Assembly: GCA_964604405.1 (NCBI GenBank)
Contig: CAZRYW010000001.1
Span: forward strand, 1 to 56,861
DNA from: an uncultured Oscillospiraceae bacterium
GTDB lineage: Bacteria > Bacillota > Clostridia > UMGS1883
Length of the DNA: 56,861 nucleotides
Reading direction: 5' to 3'
In this document: piece after piece, positions 15,295-25,248 of the stretch
Position numbering within the stretch: the stretch's first letter is position 1
Layout of the letters: each line of letters opens with the position of its first letter
Program-made: the position numbers and the translations under genes
The notes under the pieces: model-generated
Databases searched by the model: none
Seen by the model: only the letters and a program-made list of their open reading frames with translations
What the model was told of the DNA's origin: nothing

Positions 15295-17385
15295 ATGAAA
15301 AAAGCAATATCTTTGATGCTTGCGGTTGTGATGCTGATAACTATGGCAACAATCGGAGTGAGTGCAGAGGAGATAAAAGGCTACAAGAATGCGATTTGCA
15401 CAATTGAAACCGAAGACGGGTTGTTTTTGATGCAATCGGGAAATGACAGAGGAAATGCTTTGACCGTGGGTGAAACATCCGTGAACTGGAGATTTAAAGA
15501 GTTTGCGGGCGGAAGTTATTCGATGATAAACCCGTTGGGTTTTGCCGCAGACGTTAACGGAGCATCTATGAACGAGGGCGTAAGTATCATACAATGGACG
15601 GCTACCGGTGCAAACAACCAGAGATGGATGATTGAAGAAGCGGAAGACGGCTATTGCTATATTAAGTCGGTTTTTTCGAATCTTTATTTGACATACACGG
15701 AATCTGTTGTGACACAGGAAGCGAAGGACGAAGAAAAGGAGCAACTTTGGAAAATCGAAATTGTCGGAGAATACGAACCGACGGTTGAAAAAATGCTCGA
15801 AAGCGAAGCTGCCAAGAGTCTTTCCGAATACAAGTATGAAAGACTTTGCGACTTTATCCTCTCCGGCGGAGAATTCAATCTTTTGACATATGACAAAATC
15901 GAAAAAATGATTGAAGAAAGAGATTATTTCAATTTGCCGTATGAAGAACAGGTAAGTTTTGTTGAGGAATGTTTTAAAGTTGAACCGACGAGTTTGATGT
16001 ACGGTTCGATGGCAACAAAGCTGAAAAAAGATATAAAGGTTGAATATGTCGGTATTGAAGAGGGTGCATGGCAGTCGTGGCACGGAATTCCCGAAGAAGA
16101 ACCGAGACTTTACAATATAACGATTACGGACACGGAATCCGGAGATGAGCATGTTGTGCAGTATATTTCACCGTATGATAATGATGAAGAATATGCGGCG
16201 ACAGTCGGCGAGGCGATTGCATGTTTTGAAATGCCGATAGTAAAGGTTTTGTGGAGATTTGTATACACAAGCATGAACACGTCCAGCTGGAACGGCGGTG
16301 ACGGAACTATTTGGAATAACACCGCTTACCGCGGAGACGTGAACAACATGGTGCAGATGTTTGCTCATGAGCTCGGTCATGTTATGGATAACGGCAGACA
16401 GGATACGAATGTTTGGTATCGTGCGATCGCACAGGACATGGTGCCCGTAACAGGTTACGGGAATACAAACAGATGGGAAGATTTGGCTGAATTTTCACGC
16501 CTTTATCTTTTGGCCAAGGGCGATGATGCGAGAATAGAGGCAATCGAAAAGACATATCCCGCAAGAACAAAGGCATACAAGGCTCTTTTGTATGTGCTTG
16601 ACAATGAATTTTACGCTTGTTATGAAGAAGAATACAAATCGTTGCAGTCAACAATGGGCGATTGGGACAAGAGTGCGCAGGTGATGATTTCGCTTGACGG
16701 ACAATATCTCACGGACGACAACGGAAGCCTTGTTTTTGTTGACAAAAAAGATGTAATCAAAAATTGGCAGACGTGGGAAGTATATACACAGAATGCTGGT
16801 GAAAGCGTTTTCAGAAACAAGGCAACGGGAAAATACATTACGCTTGAAGACGGAAAAGCAACTTTCGGAGAAAAGAGAGAATGGGGAATCCAATCATCGG
16901 AAGACGGATATTCGATAATAGATTCGGCAACGGGATTTGTGCTTGACGAAAATTTGTGCGTTGCATTGGAAAACGGATTGAAGATTGATATAGAGGAAGT
17001 CGGAAGAATTCCGTATACGGGAGATAAGACGATTGAACTTTCGGTAAACGGAGAAAAGATAGCTTTTACAGAGGGCGAAGGTCTTACGATGGGCAATGAA
17101 GATAACGCGTGGACTTTTGTTGCGGTGGATAAAGGATATTATCTTATTATGAACAAAGAAACTGGAAAAGTGTTTGATATTTCCGGCAACAGCACAGAAA
17201 ACGGTGCGAGTGCGATTTTGTACTCGATAACCGGAGGCGAAAATCAGCATTTTAAAATCGTTAACAATAACGACGGAACGTATAAATTGCAGCTTCGTCA
17301 CAGCGGATTGTATCTGACAAGAACAAATGACGGATTCTGTCAGAGCGACGGTTCGATGGGATATACAAACTGGATAATCAAATAA
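15295..17385 (+). CDS. Secreted multidomain protein: signal peptide, ricin-B-type lectin repeat, HEXXH zinc metalloprotease core (gluzincin, possibly ATLF/M34-like), and two further ricin-B-like repeats
   Basis: Signal peptide MKKAISLMLAVVMLITMATIGVSA. HELGH lies at 16366-16380, with EDLAEF about 40 aa downstream. QxW-type repeats are present (QRW, QLW, QTW, QHF). The start at ATG 15295 follows GGAAGGGG; the ORF track starts at 15271. Confidence 0.7.
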   Translation: MKKAISLMLAVVMLITMATIGVSAEEIKGYKNAICTIETEDGLFLMQSGNDRGNALTVGETSVNWRFKEFAGGSYSMINPLGFAADVNGASMNEGVSIIQWTATGANNQRWMIEEAEDGYCYIKSVFSNLYLTYTESVVTQEAKDEEKEQLWKIEIVGEYEPTVEKMLESEAAKSLSEYKYERLCDFILSGGEFNLLTYDKIEKMIEERDYFNLPYEEQVSFVEECFKVEPTSLMYGSMATKLKKDIKVEYVGIEEGAWQSWHGIPEEEPRLYNITITDTESGDEHVVQYISPYDNDEEYAATVGEAIACFEMPIVKVLWRFVYTSMNTSSWNGGDGTIWNNTAYRGDVNNMVQMFAHELGHVMDNGRQDTNVWYRAIAQDMVPVTGYGNTNRWEDLAEFSRLYLLAKGDDARIEAIEKTYPARTKAYKALLYVLDNEFYACYEEEYKSLQSTMGDWDKSAQVMISLDGQYLTDDNGSLVFVDKKDVIKNWQTWEVYTQNAGESVFRNKATGKYITLEDGKATFGEKREWGIQSSEDGYSIIDSATGFVLDENLCVALENGLKIDIEEVGRIPYTGDKTIELSVNGEKIAFTEGEGLTMGNEDNAWTFVAVDKGYYLIMNKETGKVFDISGNSTENGASAILYSITGGENQHFKIVNNNDGTYKLQLRHSGLYLTRTNDGFCQSDGSMGYTNWIIK

Positions 17386-17404
17386 AATCGAATAAAGTTG
17401 ACGA

Positions 17405-17441
17405 GGAGTCGGGAAAAATCAATTTCCCGATTCCTTTTTTT
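17405..17441 (+). terminator. Rho-independent terminator
   Basis: 12-bp stem ggagtcgggaaa / tttcccgattcc with a 6-nt loop, followed by T7 (17435-17441). Confidence 0.85.
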
Positions 17442-17489
17442 GCATAAAAAACGGTGAGGAAAAATAAAATGATTTATGGAAAATTCGGC

Positions 17490-17518
17490 TTGATTTTAGA
17501 GGTAAAGTATGCTTAAAT
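17490..17518 (+). promoter_or_regulatory. Candidate sigma-A promoter for glnN
   Basis: TTGATT (17490-17495), 17-nt spacer, TGcTTAAAT (-10 at 17513-17518). Confidence 0.35.
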
Positions 17519-17567
17519 ATATAGTATAAGTTTTTGTAAGAATTTCAGACAATGAGGAGGAGATGTT

Positions 17568-19661
17568 ATGGCAGAAAAGAAACCTTTGACGGAGTATTTC
17601 GGATGCAATGTGTTTTCCGATGAAGTGATGCGTGAAATGCTCAGTAAAGATACATACGAAGAGTTTAAAAAAGGCGGGCCTTTGACGATGAAAATTGCCG
17701 ATGAAATTGCGGAAGCAATGAAAAACTGGGCAATGAGTAAGGGTGCAACGCATTATACGCATCTGTTTCTTCCGCTGACGGGGCTGACAGCCGAAAAACA
17801 CGACGCTTTTATAAATCCCGACCCGACAACGGGAAAGGCTATTATGGAGTTTACGGGCGAACAGCTTGTAAAAGGCGAAAGTGACGCATCGAGTTTCCCC
17901 GCAGGCGGTATCAGAGCAACGTTTGAGGCGAGAGGATATACAACATGGGATACGACGTCTCCCGCATTTTTGAAAGAAGACGCTGCCGGTGTGACACTTT
18001 GTATTCCCACGGCATTTTGTTCATATACGGGTGAAGCACTCGATAAAAAAACTCCTCTTCTTCGTTCGTGCGATGCACTTTCGAATGCGGCGGTGAGAGT
18101 GTTGAGACTTTTGGGTGACGATGATGTGAAAAAAGTAATTGCAACCGTCGGCCCCGAACAGGAATATTTTTTGGTGTCGAAAGCACATGTTGAAGCGAGA
18201 AAAGACATAAAAATTACTGGAAGAACGCTTTTCGGAGCACCTGCGCCGAAAGGACAGGAAATGGATGACGCATATTACGGTACACTTCGTGAAAATGTTG
18301 CGCTCTTCATGAAAGAGGTTGACACGGAACTTTACAAGATGGGAATTTTCGCAAAGACGAAACACAACGAAGTGGCTCCTTGTCAGCATGAATTGGCGTG
18401 CGTATATTCGGCGGCAAATACGGCGGTTGACTCCAACTACATGGTTATGGAAACGCTGAAAAAATGTGCAGAGCATTACGGATTGGTGTGCCTTTTGCAC
18501 GAGAAGCCTTTTAAAGGGCTTAACGGTTCGGGCAAGCATAACAACTGGGCAATAAGCACGGATACGGGTAAAAATCTTTTGAAGCCCGGAAAAGACCCGT
18601 TGCACAATTTGGAATTTTTGGTGTTCCTTGCAGTTGTGATGGAAGCGGTGTCGCTGCACGGCGGACTTTTGAGAGCAAGTGCGGGAAACCCGTCAAACGA
18701 CCACAGACTGGGCGGACATGAAGCACCGCCGAGCGTGATTTCGATGTTTTTGGGAGATGCGCTCGACAAGGTTTGCGAAAGCATAATAAAAGGCGAGGAC
18801 GAAGTGAGACTGGATCGAGGAACACTCGATTTGGGGGCGTCGGCTCTTCCCGCATTCAAACGTGACGATACGGACAGAAACAGAACGAGTCCTTTTGCTT
18901 TTACTGGTAATAAGTTTGAATTCAGAACGGTGGGTTCATCGGCATCTATTGCCGGACCGAATACGGTTATCAACTCGATTGTCGCAGACGGACTTTGGAA
19001 GTTTGCGGAAAAAATCGAAAATGCCGAAGATAAGAGAAAAGCGGCATACTCTGTTGTGCGTGATATCATAACAGAGCATTATCCGAGAATAGTCTTTAAC
19101 GGCAACGGCTACAGCGAAGAATGGGCAAAAGAAGCCGAAAAGAGAGGCTTGCCGATACTCAAAAGTTCGATAGAATCTTACGGCGAATATACGAAAGAAG
19201 AAAGCGTGAAGATGTTCGAATCGTTGGGAGTTTATACTAAATCGGAGCTTGAGAGCCGTTATGAAATAAGAATGGAAAAGTATTTCAAGCTGAATAATTA
19301 CGAATGTTTGACGATGGTTGACATGGCGAGAAAGGAAATTATTCCCGCTGTGGGCAGTTATTTGAAAAGTCTTGCGAAGTCGGTGTGCGAGATGAGAGAA
19401 CTCGGAATGGCGGCAAAGGTTGAAAACGATCTTGTCGAAAAGATAAAACCTTTGTATGAAAAGCTTTATTTTACAACAAATGAGTTTGAAGTTGAAATAC
19501 GAAAAGCCGAAGAAATGAATGTGACAGACGGTGCACACTACATGCATGATGTTGTGTTGCCGCTTGCGGAGAAGGTGAGAGAGTATGCAGACGCCATCGA
19601 ACCGATGGTGAGCAAGGAATACTGGCCGATGCCGACATATGCGGATATATTGTTTTATTGA
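17568..19661 (+). CDS. glnN: Glutamine synthetase, type III
   Basis: 697 aa, which is GSIII length, with GSIII-like N-terminal (YFGCNVFSD) and catalytic regions (HNEVAPCQHE, NGSGKHNNWA). Confidence 0.9.
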   Translation: MAEKKPLTEYFGCNVFSDEVMREMLSKDTYEEFKKGGPLTMKIADEIAEAMKNWAMSKGATHYTHLFLPLTGLTAEKHDAFINPDPTTGKAIMEFTGEQLVKGESDASSFPAGGIRATFEARGYTTWDTTSPAFLKEDAAGVTLCIPTAFCSYTGEALDKKTPLLRSCDALSNAAVRVLRLLGDDDVKKVIATVGPEQEYFLVSKAHVEARKDIKITGRTLFGAPAPKGQEMDDAYYGTLRENVALFMKEVDTELYKMGIFAKTKHNEVAPCQHELACVYSAANTAVDSNYMVMETLKKCAEHYGLVCLLHEKPFKGLNGSGKHNNWAISTDTGKNLLKPGKDPLHNLEFLVFLAVVMEAVSLHGGLLRASAGNPSNDHRLGGHEAPPSVISMFLGDALDKVCESIIKGEDEVRLDRGTLDLGASALPAFKRDDTDRNRTSPFAFTGNKFEFRTVGSSASIAGPNTVINSIVADGLWKFAEKIENAEDKRKAAYSVVRDIITEHYPRIVFNGNGYSEEWAKEAEKRGLPILKSSIESYGEYTKEESVKMFESLGVYTKSELESRYEIRMEKYFKLNNYECLTMVDMARKEIIPAVGSYLKSLAKSVCEMRELGMAAKVENDLVEKIKPLYEKLYFTTNEFEVEIRKAEEMNVTDGAHYMHDVVLPLAEKVREYADAIEPMVSKEYWPMPTYADILFY

Positions 19662-19664
19662 TTG

Positions 19665-19705
19665 TGACTGCGAAGATTGCCCTGGGCAATCTTCGCAGTT
19701 TGTTG
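19665..19705 (+). repeat. Terminator-associated repeat, copy 1
   Basis: Shares the identical 20-mer ggcaatcttcgcagtttgtt and a similar left arm with 56795-56835. Confidence 0.7.
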
Positions 19706-19712
19706 TTTTTTT
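19667..19712 (+). terminator. Rho-independent terminator of glnN
   Basis: Perfect 14-bp stem ctgcgaagattgcc / ggcaatcttcgcag with a 3-nt loop, followed by the T-rich tail tttgttgttttttt. Confidence 0.9.
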
Positions 19713-19863
19713 GAAAGAAAGTGTTTGCGGATAAAAATTGTTTACAAATGTTTTTGAAAAAATTTATGTGCCGATGACAGTATGTTTAAAAAATTGTTGT
19801 AATATTTAAGTGACAGGATGAATATAATAGAATGTTCGATTGAAAAAAAGAAAGGGAAATGAA

Positions 19864-20502
19864 ATGTTGAAAGAAGCGATAAACAGCACTTATTTTGATT
19901 ACTACAAAGAGGATTTGTTCTGTCTTGAGGGCGGTATAGAAAAGCTTTTGGCGAGAATCGAAGAGATTGATTCCAGACGAGAGGGAAGAGGCAAAAGAAA
20001 ACTTGCCGACAATGTGCGCTACAGAATAAAAAGTCCCGAAAGCATGGAAGAAAAACTGAAAAAAAGAGGGCTTGAGCCGGGAGGGAAATCGGCTGTGACA
20101 AATATGTGCGATGCGGCGGGAATCAGGGTGATATGCCCGTATGTGGATGACGTGTATCAGATGGCAAAGGAAATAGAAAAATGCAGCGATATTGAAGTGC
20201 TCGAAGTGAAAGATTACATACGAAATCCCAAACCTAACGGATACAGAAGCTATCACATGATAGTCAAAACGGATATTTTGTACAAAGGGAGGACGTATTA
20301 TGTTACGGTGGAAATACAGATAAGGACGATGGTAATGAACTCGTGGGCTTCGGCGGAACATCAGCTGAAATACAAAAAGGATACTACCGACGAAGAAAGC
20401 TGCGCGCTACTGAAACGTTGTGCGGACGAAATGCTGAAAATAGATTATTCGATGATGAAAATACGAGATATGATGGACGGAAACGGACAAGACGAAAAGT
20501 GA
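19864..20502 (+). CDS. Small alarmone synthetase (RelA/SpoT-domain GTP pyrophosphokinase, RelQ/RelP type)
   Basis: Contains RVKSPESM-like IKSPESMEEKL, GIRVICPY, NGYRSYHMIV and VEIQIRTMVMNSWASAEH. The start at ATG 19864 follows AAAGGGA; the ORF track starts at TTG 19840. Confidence 0.88.
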   Translation: MLKEAINSTYFDYYKEDLFCLEGGIEKLLARIEEIDSRREGRGKRKLADNVRYRIKSPESMEEKLKKRGLEPGGKSAVTNMCDAAGIRVICPYVDDVYQMAKEIEKCSDIEVLEVKDYIRNPKPNGYRSYHMIVKTDILYKGRTYYVTVEIQIRTMVMNSWASAEHQLKYKKDTTDEESCALLKRCADEMLKIDYSMMKIRDMMDGNGQDEK

Positions 20503-20548
20503 AAAACGGCGGTTGTGGGTAAAACCATAATCGCCGTTTTCGTTGTTT
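20503..20548 (+). terminator. Rho-independent terminator
   Basis: Stem aaaacggcg / cgccgtttt with an internally paired loop, followed by ttttcgttgttt. Confidence 0.7.
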
Positions 20549-20563
20549 GGGATGAACTGTTAC

Positions 20564-20592
20564 TTGCAATGAAAGGAAATTTGACGTATAAT
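20564..20592 (+). promoter_or_regulatory. Sigma-A promoter for rimM-trmD(-addB)
   Basis: TTGCAA (20564-20569), 17-nt spacer, TATAAT (20587-20592). Confidence 0.6.
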
Positions 20593-20620
20593 GGAGAAAA
20601 GTGTACCGGGAGGGTTAACT

Positions 20621-21106
20621 ATGATTGAAATGATGAAAATTATAAACACGCACGGAGTGAAAGGCGAATTGAAAGCCGTGCATTATGCGGATTCGATGAG
20701 TTTTTTTAAGAAAGTTCCTTATTTGTATGATAAAAACGAAAAGAAATTTCATATAACGGCAATCAGAGAGGGAAAAAACTGTGTTTTGGTAACGATTGAA
20801 GGCATTGAAGATATGAATGCCGCAGAAAGAATGAAAAACGTATATCTTTACGCAAAGAGAGAAGATTTTCCGACTCTTCCCGAGGGAGAGTATTATCTCA
20901 TAGATTTGATAGGCTTGGACGCAGTAACCGTTGACGGTGAAGCAATCGGTCAAGTGAGCGATATTTTGGAACAGACGGCACAAAACCTTTTGGTTGTGAA
21001 AAACGGAGATAAAGAAATTTTGATACCCAAGTGCGACGCTTTTGTCGATAGGGTGAATCTTGACGAAAAGAAAATCTATATAAAACCTATTGAGGGACTT
21101 TTGTAA
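20621..21106 (+). CDS. rimM: 16S rRNA processing protein RimM
   Basis: Contains THGVKGELK, and has the RimM/PRC-barrel layout upstream of trmD. The start at ATG 20621 follows GGAGGG. The ORF-track start at 20591 lies inside the -10 box. Confidence 0.9.
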   Translation: MIEMMKIINTHGVKGELKAVHYADSMSFFKKVPYLYDKNEKKFHITAIREGKNCVLVTIEGIEDMNAAERMKNVYLYAKREDFPTLPEGEYYLIDLIGLDAVTVDGEAIGQVSDILEQTAQNLLVVKNGDKEILIPKCDAFVDRVNLDEKKIYIKPIEGLL

Positions 21107-21124
21107 TATGAAAGGAAACGAAAA

Positions 21125-21871
21125 ATGAAGTTTTCGGTGTTGACGCTTTTTCCGGAAATGTTTGAAAGCGTGCTTGGCGAAAGCATAATCGGAAGAGCTT
21201 TGAAAAAAGGTATCATTGAGACCGAATATGTAAATATAAGAGATTTTTCGGAGGGGAATTACAGACGTGTGGACGATTACCCTTACGGTGCCGGCGGCGG
21301 TATGGTAATGCAGCCGATGCCCATATATAAGGCATATAAGTCGGTTGCGGGGGATGAAAAGCCGTATGTTTGCTATATGTCGCCGCAAGGGGCGGTTTTT
21401 AACCAGGAAAAGGCAAGAGAGTTGTCGAAAAAAAATCACGTTGTAATCCTTTGCGGGCATTATGAGGGCGTTGATGAAAGAATCATCGAAGAAATTGTCG
21501 ATGAGGAAATATCGGTGGGAGATTATGTATTAACCGGCGGAGAATTGCCCGCAATGATTGTGATAGACGCAACGGCGAGAATGCTCGAGGGAGTTTTGGA
21601 CTCCGATGAAACAATGCAGGTTGAAAGCCATTATAACGGACTTTTGGAATATCCGCAGTATACAAGACCTGTGGAGTTTATGGGAAGACGGGTTCCCGAC
21701 ATACTTCTCTCGGGTCATCATGCGAAAATCGAAGAGTGGCGCCGTGAACAGAGCCTTATACGGACAAAACTGAAAAGACCCGATCTTATAAAAAAAGCGG
21801 ATTTGACGGAAAAAGAAAAAGAAATGCTTAAAAAAGTGAGAAGGAAACGGAAAAAGAAATGCTCAGAATAA
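21125..21871 (+). CDS. trmD: tRNA (guanine37-N1)-methyltransferase
   Basis: Contains [19 protein letters not shown]-like [13 protein letters not shown], and LTGGELPAM. Confidence 0.95.
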   Translation: MKFSVLTLFPEMFESVLGESIIGRALKKGIIETEYVNIRDFSEGNYRRVDDYPYGAGGGMVMQPMPIYKAYKSVAGDEKPYVCYMSPQGAVFNQEKARELSKKNHVVILCGHYEGVDERIIEEIVDEEISVGDYVLTGGELPAMIVIDATARMLEGVLDSDETMQVESHYNGLLEYPQYTRPVEFMGRRVPDILLSGHHAKIEEWRREQSLIRTKLKRPDLIKKADLTEKEKEMLKKVRRKRKKKCSE

Positions 21872-24800
21872 TTACAGGCAGAAGCGGAAGCGGAAAAACC
21901 GACGAAATATTGCGCATGATGAAAACGAGCGAGAGTCCGATATATATTGTGCCGGAACAGTACAGTTTTGCCGCCGAAAAGAGAATAACACGTGTTTTCG
22001 GAATGAGCGGAATGGGAAATCCCGAGGTGTACAGTCTGAAAAGATTGGCATATCATTTTGAGGAATTGTACGGAGGAAATACCTGCGAGGAGTTGTCGAA
22101 AGCGGGCAGAATAATGGTTCTTTACGATGTGACGAAAAAAAGAGCCGATGAACTGACACTGTACGGCAGAAGCGCAAAAAGAGGCGATATGGCGCAAACG
22201 AGTGCGGTTGTAATATCGACTTTGAAAAAATACGGCGTAACGAAAGAAAAAATAGAAAACGCCATGGAAAAGACGGAAAATACGCTTCTCTATAAAAAGC
22301 TCAACGATTGCAAGGTAATGCGTGAGGCATATGACGAGTTTCTCGCAGACGGATACCGTGACGGTGAAGATGTGTTGGAGAGACTTTGCGTAAATATTCA
22401 AAACACGGATTATCTGAAAGGAAAAGATGTTTTTATAGACGCATTTCAAGCGTTTACGCCGCTGGAGTATTCGGTAATATCGAATATGCTGAAAAAAGCC
22501 GAATCGGTAACGGTGGCTCTTTGTGCCGATGATGGAGCGGAAGAGTTTGAAACGGCGAACAGAACGAGACGAAATCTTATAAAAGCAGCGGAAAATGCGA
22601 ATGTAAGGTTCGGAGGAGAAATTAATCTCAGGGGTGCAATGTACACAGCTTGTGACGAGCTGAAAGCACTTGAGAGAAGTTTTTTTGAGGATGAAGTGTT
22701 TGACAAAAAAACCGACAGGATTCGCTTGCACAGAGCGAAAACGGTGAACACGGAGATTGAAAATGCGGCACTCGAAGTGGAGAGGCTTTGTCGTGACGAG
22801 GGATACAGATACAGAGATATCGTAATTATTGCACGAGACGCACAAAAATATATGAGAGATATCAAGAGGGTGTTTTTGAGATTTGACATACCTGTTTTTA
22901 TGGATCAAAAAACGCCGCTTTCGGGAGAAGCGGCGGCAGTTTTTCTGTTGAGTGCAATAAGGGTTATAACGAGCGGGTGGAGAAACGAAAACGTTTTTAC
23001 ATATATGAAAACGGCTTTTTCACCGCTTGATGCCCACGAAAGCGACGAACTCGAAAACTATTGCATTGCATCGGGCGTGACGAGAAAAGACTGGAGAGGC
23101 GACGATGATTGGAGAATGCCTTTGTCGGTCAAAGAAGAAAAAGAAGACGAAAATTATCTCAATACCGTAAATATGTTGAGAAGAAGGCTTGTCGGACCGA
23201 TAAAAAATCTGGAAGAAAAAATAAAGGGCAGACGCACGGGAAGAGAAATGAGCACGGCGTTTTACGAGTTTATGAAAGAGTGCGAAATCGAAGAGAAGAT
23301 AGCTCTCGTTGCCGACGAAGCCGAGAAAAAAGGCGAAGGTGATGCGGCAGGCCGCATGAGACAGGTGTACGATTTGATTGTCGGGGTGATAGAGAGCTTT
23401 GACAACGGATTTTGCAACAGAAAGCTCAATTCCGATGAGTTTGCGCAAATACTTGCCGCAGGATTTGAAAGCGTGGAAATCGGTTCGATACCTTCGAATG
23501 CGGATTCGGTTTGCGTGGGAAGTATTGACAGAGCACGCTCGCACGGAGCGAAGAATGTTATAATAATAGGAGCACGTGAGGGCGAATTTCCGTTGACGCC
23601 GAAAGAAACGGGTGTTTTTTCGAATGCGGACAGACGGGAACTCGAAAAATACGGTATAGAGCTTCCGCCCGATACCATGGGAAAAATATATATGGAAGAA
23701 AGCCTTATTTATTCGGCACTAACGTGTGCGACGGATAATTTGTACGTCAGCTACAGCGAGGAGGGGGAAAACTCCAATCCGTCGTCGGTTATTAAAAGAA
23801 TTTATCATGTATTTCCGAACGCATGTGTGACGGATGAAATTAACGGAGAAGATACCTCGGAGAAAATCGCAAACGCAAAAAGCACGTATGAAAAATTTGC
23901 GAGGAAATATGCCGAATACAAAAACGGTGAATCGGTAGATGAAAAATGGTTGACGGCATTTGATTATTATAAAAATTCGCCCGAGTGGGAAGATAAAGTG
24001 AGAGAAATAGAAAAATATACGACGTATGAAAACAAAAGTGCGTTGGTGAAAGAAGAGCTTTTGACGGCAAGATACGGAAAAGAGCTTGCAACCAGCGTTT
24101 CGAGCTTGGAAAAGTATGTGAAGTGTCCGTTTTCGTATTTTGCTCAGATAACACTCGGACTGAAAGAGAGAAAGGCTCTTTCGGTGACTGCGGCGGACAG
24201 CGGTACTTTTTTGCACGAATTTGTGGATATGTTCGGAAAAGGCTTGGAAGAAGACGGAAGAAGCTGGCGTGATATCGACAGCGCATATATAGACGCAAAA
24301 ACCGAAAAAATCACGTTGGAACTTTTGGACGGACTTAACAGGCATCTTTTGGAGTCGTCTCCGAGAATAAGGCATTTGTTTGCGGAATTAAAGCGGATTG
24401 CGAAAAAGAGCGTTACGGTTTTGAGCGAACATATGAAAAAAGGAAAATTCGAGCCGCTGGGATACGAGATTGTATTTGACCGTGACGGAAAATTCAAACC
24501 GATGACACTTGACTTGCCGAACGGACAAAAGTCCGTGTTGAGAGGCAGAGTGGACCGTGCGGATGTGCTCGAAACTCAAAAAGGAAAATTTGTGAGAATA
24601 ATAGACTACAAAAGCGGAAACAAAAAATTTTCGTTGTCGAATATTTATCACGGGTTTGACTTGCAATTGGCTGTTTATATGACCGCTGTTTGCGAAAACG
24701 AGGGTTGTAAACCCGCAGGGATGCTGTATTTTAAAATCGACGATCCCGTGATTGAAGCCGGCAGCAACGTGAGCGATGCGGCGATTGCAAAAGAAATCGC

Positions 24801-25194
24801 AAAAAAGCTGAAGATGGACGGATTGGTACTGTCCGACGAGGAAATACTCGAAGCGATGGACTCCGACTATGCGGCGGGAAGCAGCGTCATAAACGTTAAA
24901 AAGAAAAAAGACGGCTCTTTTACGGAGGCGTCGATTGTGGCATCGGAGAGCGATTTTGCGGCGCTGTCGAATCATGCGAAAAGCGTTGTGAAAAAGCTTG
25001 CAACGGAAATATTGTCGGGTTGTAACGATATAAAACCCGTGAAAGGTGCATGCCAATGGTGCACTATGAAATCGCTTTGCGGTTTTGACGTGTCGATTAA
25101 AGGCGCAAGCTATAAACAAACCGAAAAAATAAGCGATAAGGACGCACTAATGAAAATTATCGAAGAAGAAAAAACAGAACAATCAAACGATTGA
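21859..25194 (+). CDS. addB: ATP-dependent helicase/nuclease AddAB, subunit B
   Basis: 1111 aa. It has an N-terminal GRSGSGKT, a C-terminal RecB-type nuclease (IIDYKSG) and a 4-Cys Fe-S pattern (CPFSYF ... [10 protein letters not shown]). Confidence 0.88.
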   Translation: MLRIITGRSGSGKTDEILRMMKTSESPIYIVPEQYSFAAEKRITRVFGMSGMGNPEVYSLKRLAYHFEELYGGNTCEELSKAGRIMVLYDVTKKRADELTLYGRSAKRGDMAQTSAVVISTLKKYGVTKEKIENAMEKTENTLLYKKLNDCKVMREAYDEFLADGYRDGEDVLERLCVNIQNTDYLKGKDVFIDAFQAFTPLEYSVISNMLKKAESVTVALCADDGAEEFETANRTRRNLIKAAENANVRFGGEINLRGAMYTACDELKALERSFFEDEVFDKKTDRIRLHRAKTVNTEIENAALEVERLCRDEGYRYRDIVIIARDAQKYMRDIKRVFLRFDIPVFMDQKTPLSGEAAAVFLLSAIRVITSGWRNENVFTYMKTAFSPLDAHESDELENYCIASGVTRKDWRGDDDWRMPLSVKEEKEDENYLNTVNMLRRRLVGPIKNLEEKIKGRRTGREMSTAFYEFMKECEIEEKIALVADEAEKKGEGDAAGRMRQVYDLIVGVIESFDNGFCNRKLNSDEFAQILAAGFESVEIGSIPSNADSVCVGSIDRARSHGAKNVIIIGAREGEFPLTPKETGVFSNADRRELEKYGIELPPDTMGKIYMEESLIYSALTCATDNLYVSYSEEGENSNPSSVIKRIYHVFPNACVTDEINGEDTSEKIANAKSTYEKFARKYAEYKNGESVDEKWLTAFDYYKNSPEWEDKVREIEKYTTYENKSALVKEELLTARYGKELATSVSSLEKYVKCPFSYFAQITLGLKERKALSVTAADSGTFLHEFVDMFGKGLEEDGRSWRDIDSAYIDAKTEKITLELLDGLNRHLLESSPRIRHLFAELKRIAKKSVTVLSEHMKKGKFEPLGYEIVFDRDGKFKPMTLDLPNGQKSVLRGRVDRADVLETQKGKFVRIIDYKSGNKKFSLSNIYHGFDLQLAVYMTAVCENEGCKPAGMLYFKIDDPVIEAGSNVSDAAIAKEIAKKLKMDGLVLSDEEILEAMDSDYAAGSSVINVKKKKDGSFTEASIVASESDFAALSNHAKSVVKKLATEILSGCNDIKPVKGACQWCTMKSLCGFDVSIKGASYKQTEKISDKDALMKIIEEEKTEQSND

Positions 25195-25243
25195 ACAAAA
25201 AAATACTTTGCGGTTATAAAAATATCCGCAAAGTATTTTTTGT
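25195..25243. terminator. Bidirectional terminator between addB and the convergent aminotransferase gene
   Basis: Stem atactttgcgg / ccgcaaagtat flanked by an A-run and a T-run. Confidence 0.8.
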
Positions 25244-25248
25244 ATGAA

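Noticed and set aside
2276-17470. Attachment-site direct repeats flanking the phage-like cluster
   Set aside because: I compared 2276-2400 by eye with 15228-15300 and 17386-17470 and saw no shared stretch long enough to call. This cannot be excluded without a computational repeat search.
20591-20620. N-terminal extensions in the ORF track. These affect rimM (20591), rpmI (27743), trmFO (32424), gmk (42936), fmt (47948), rpmE (2293) and the lectin-protease (15271).
   Set aside because: In each case a downstream start with a proper Shine-Dalgarno gives the conserved N-terminus of the family. The rimM extension would begin inside its own -10 box.
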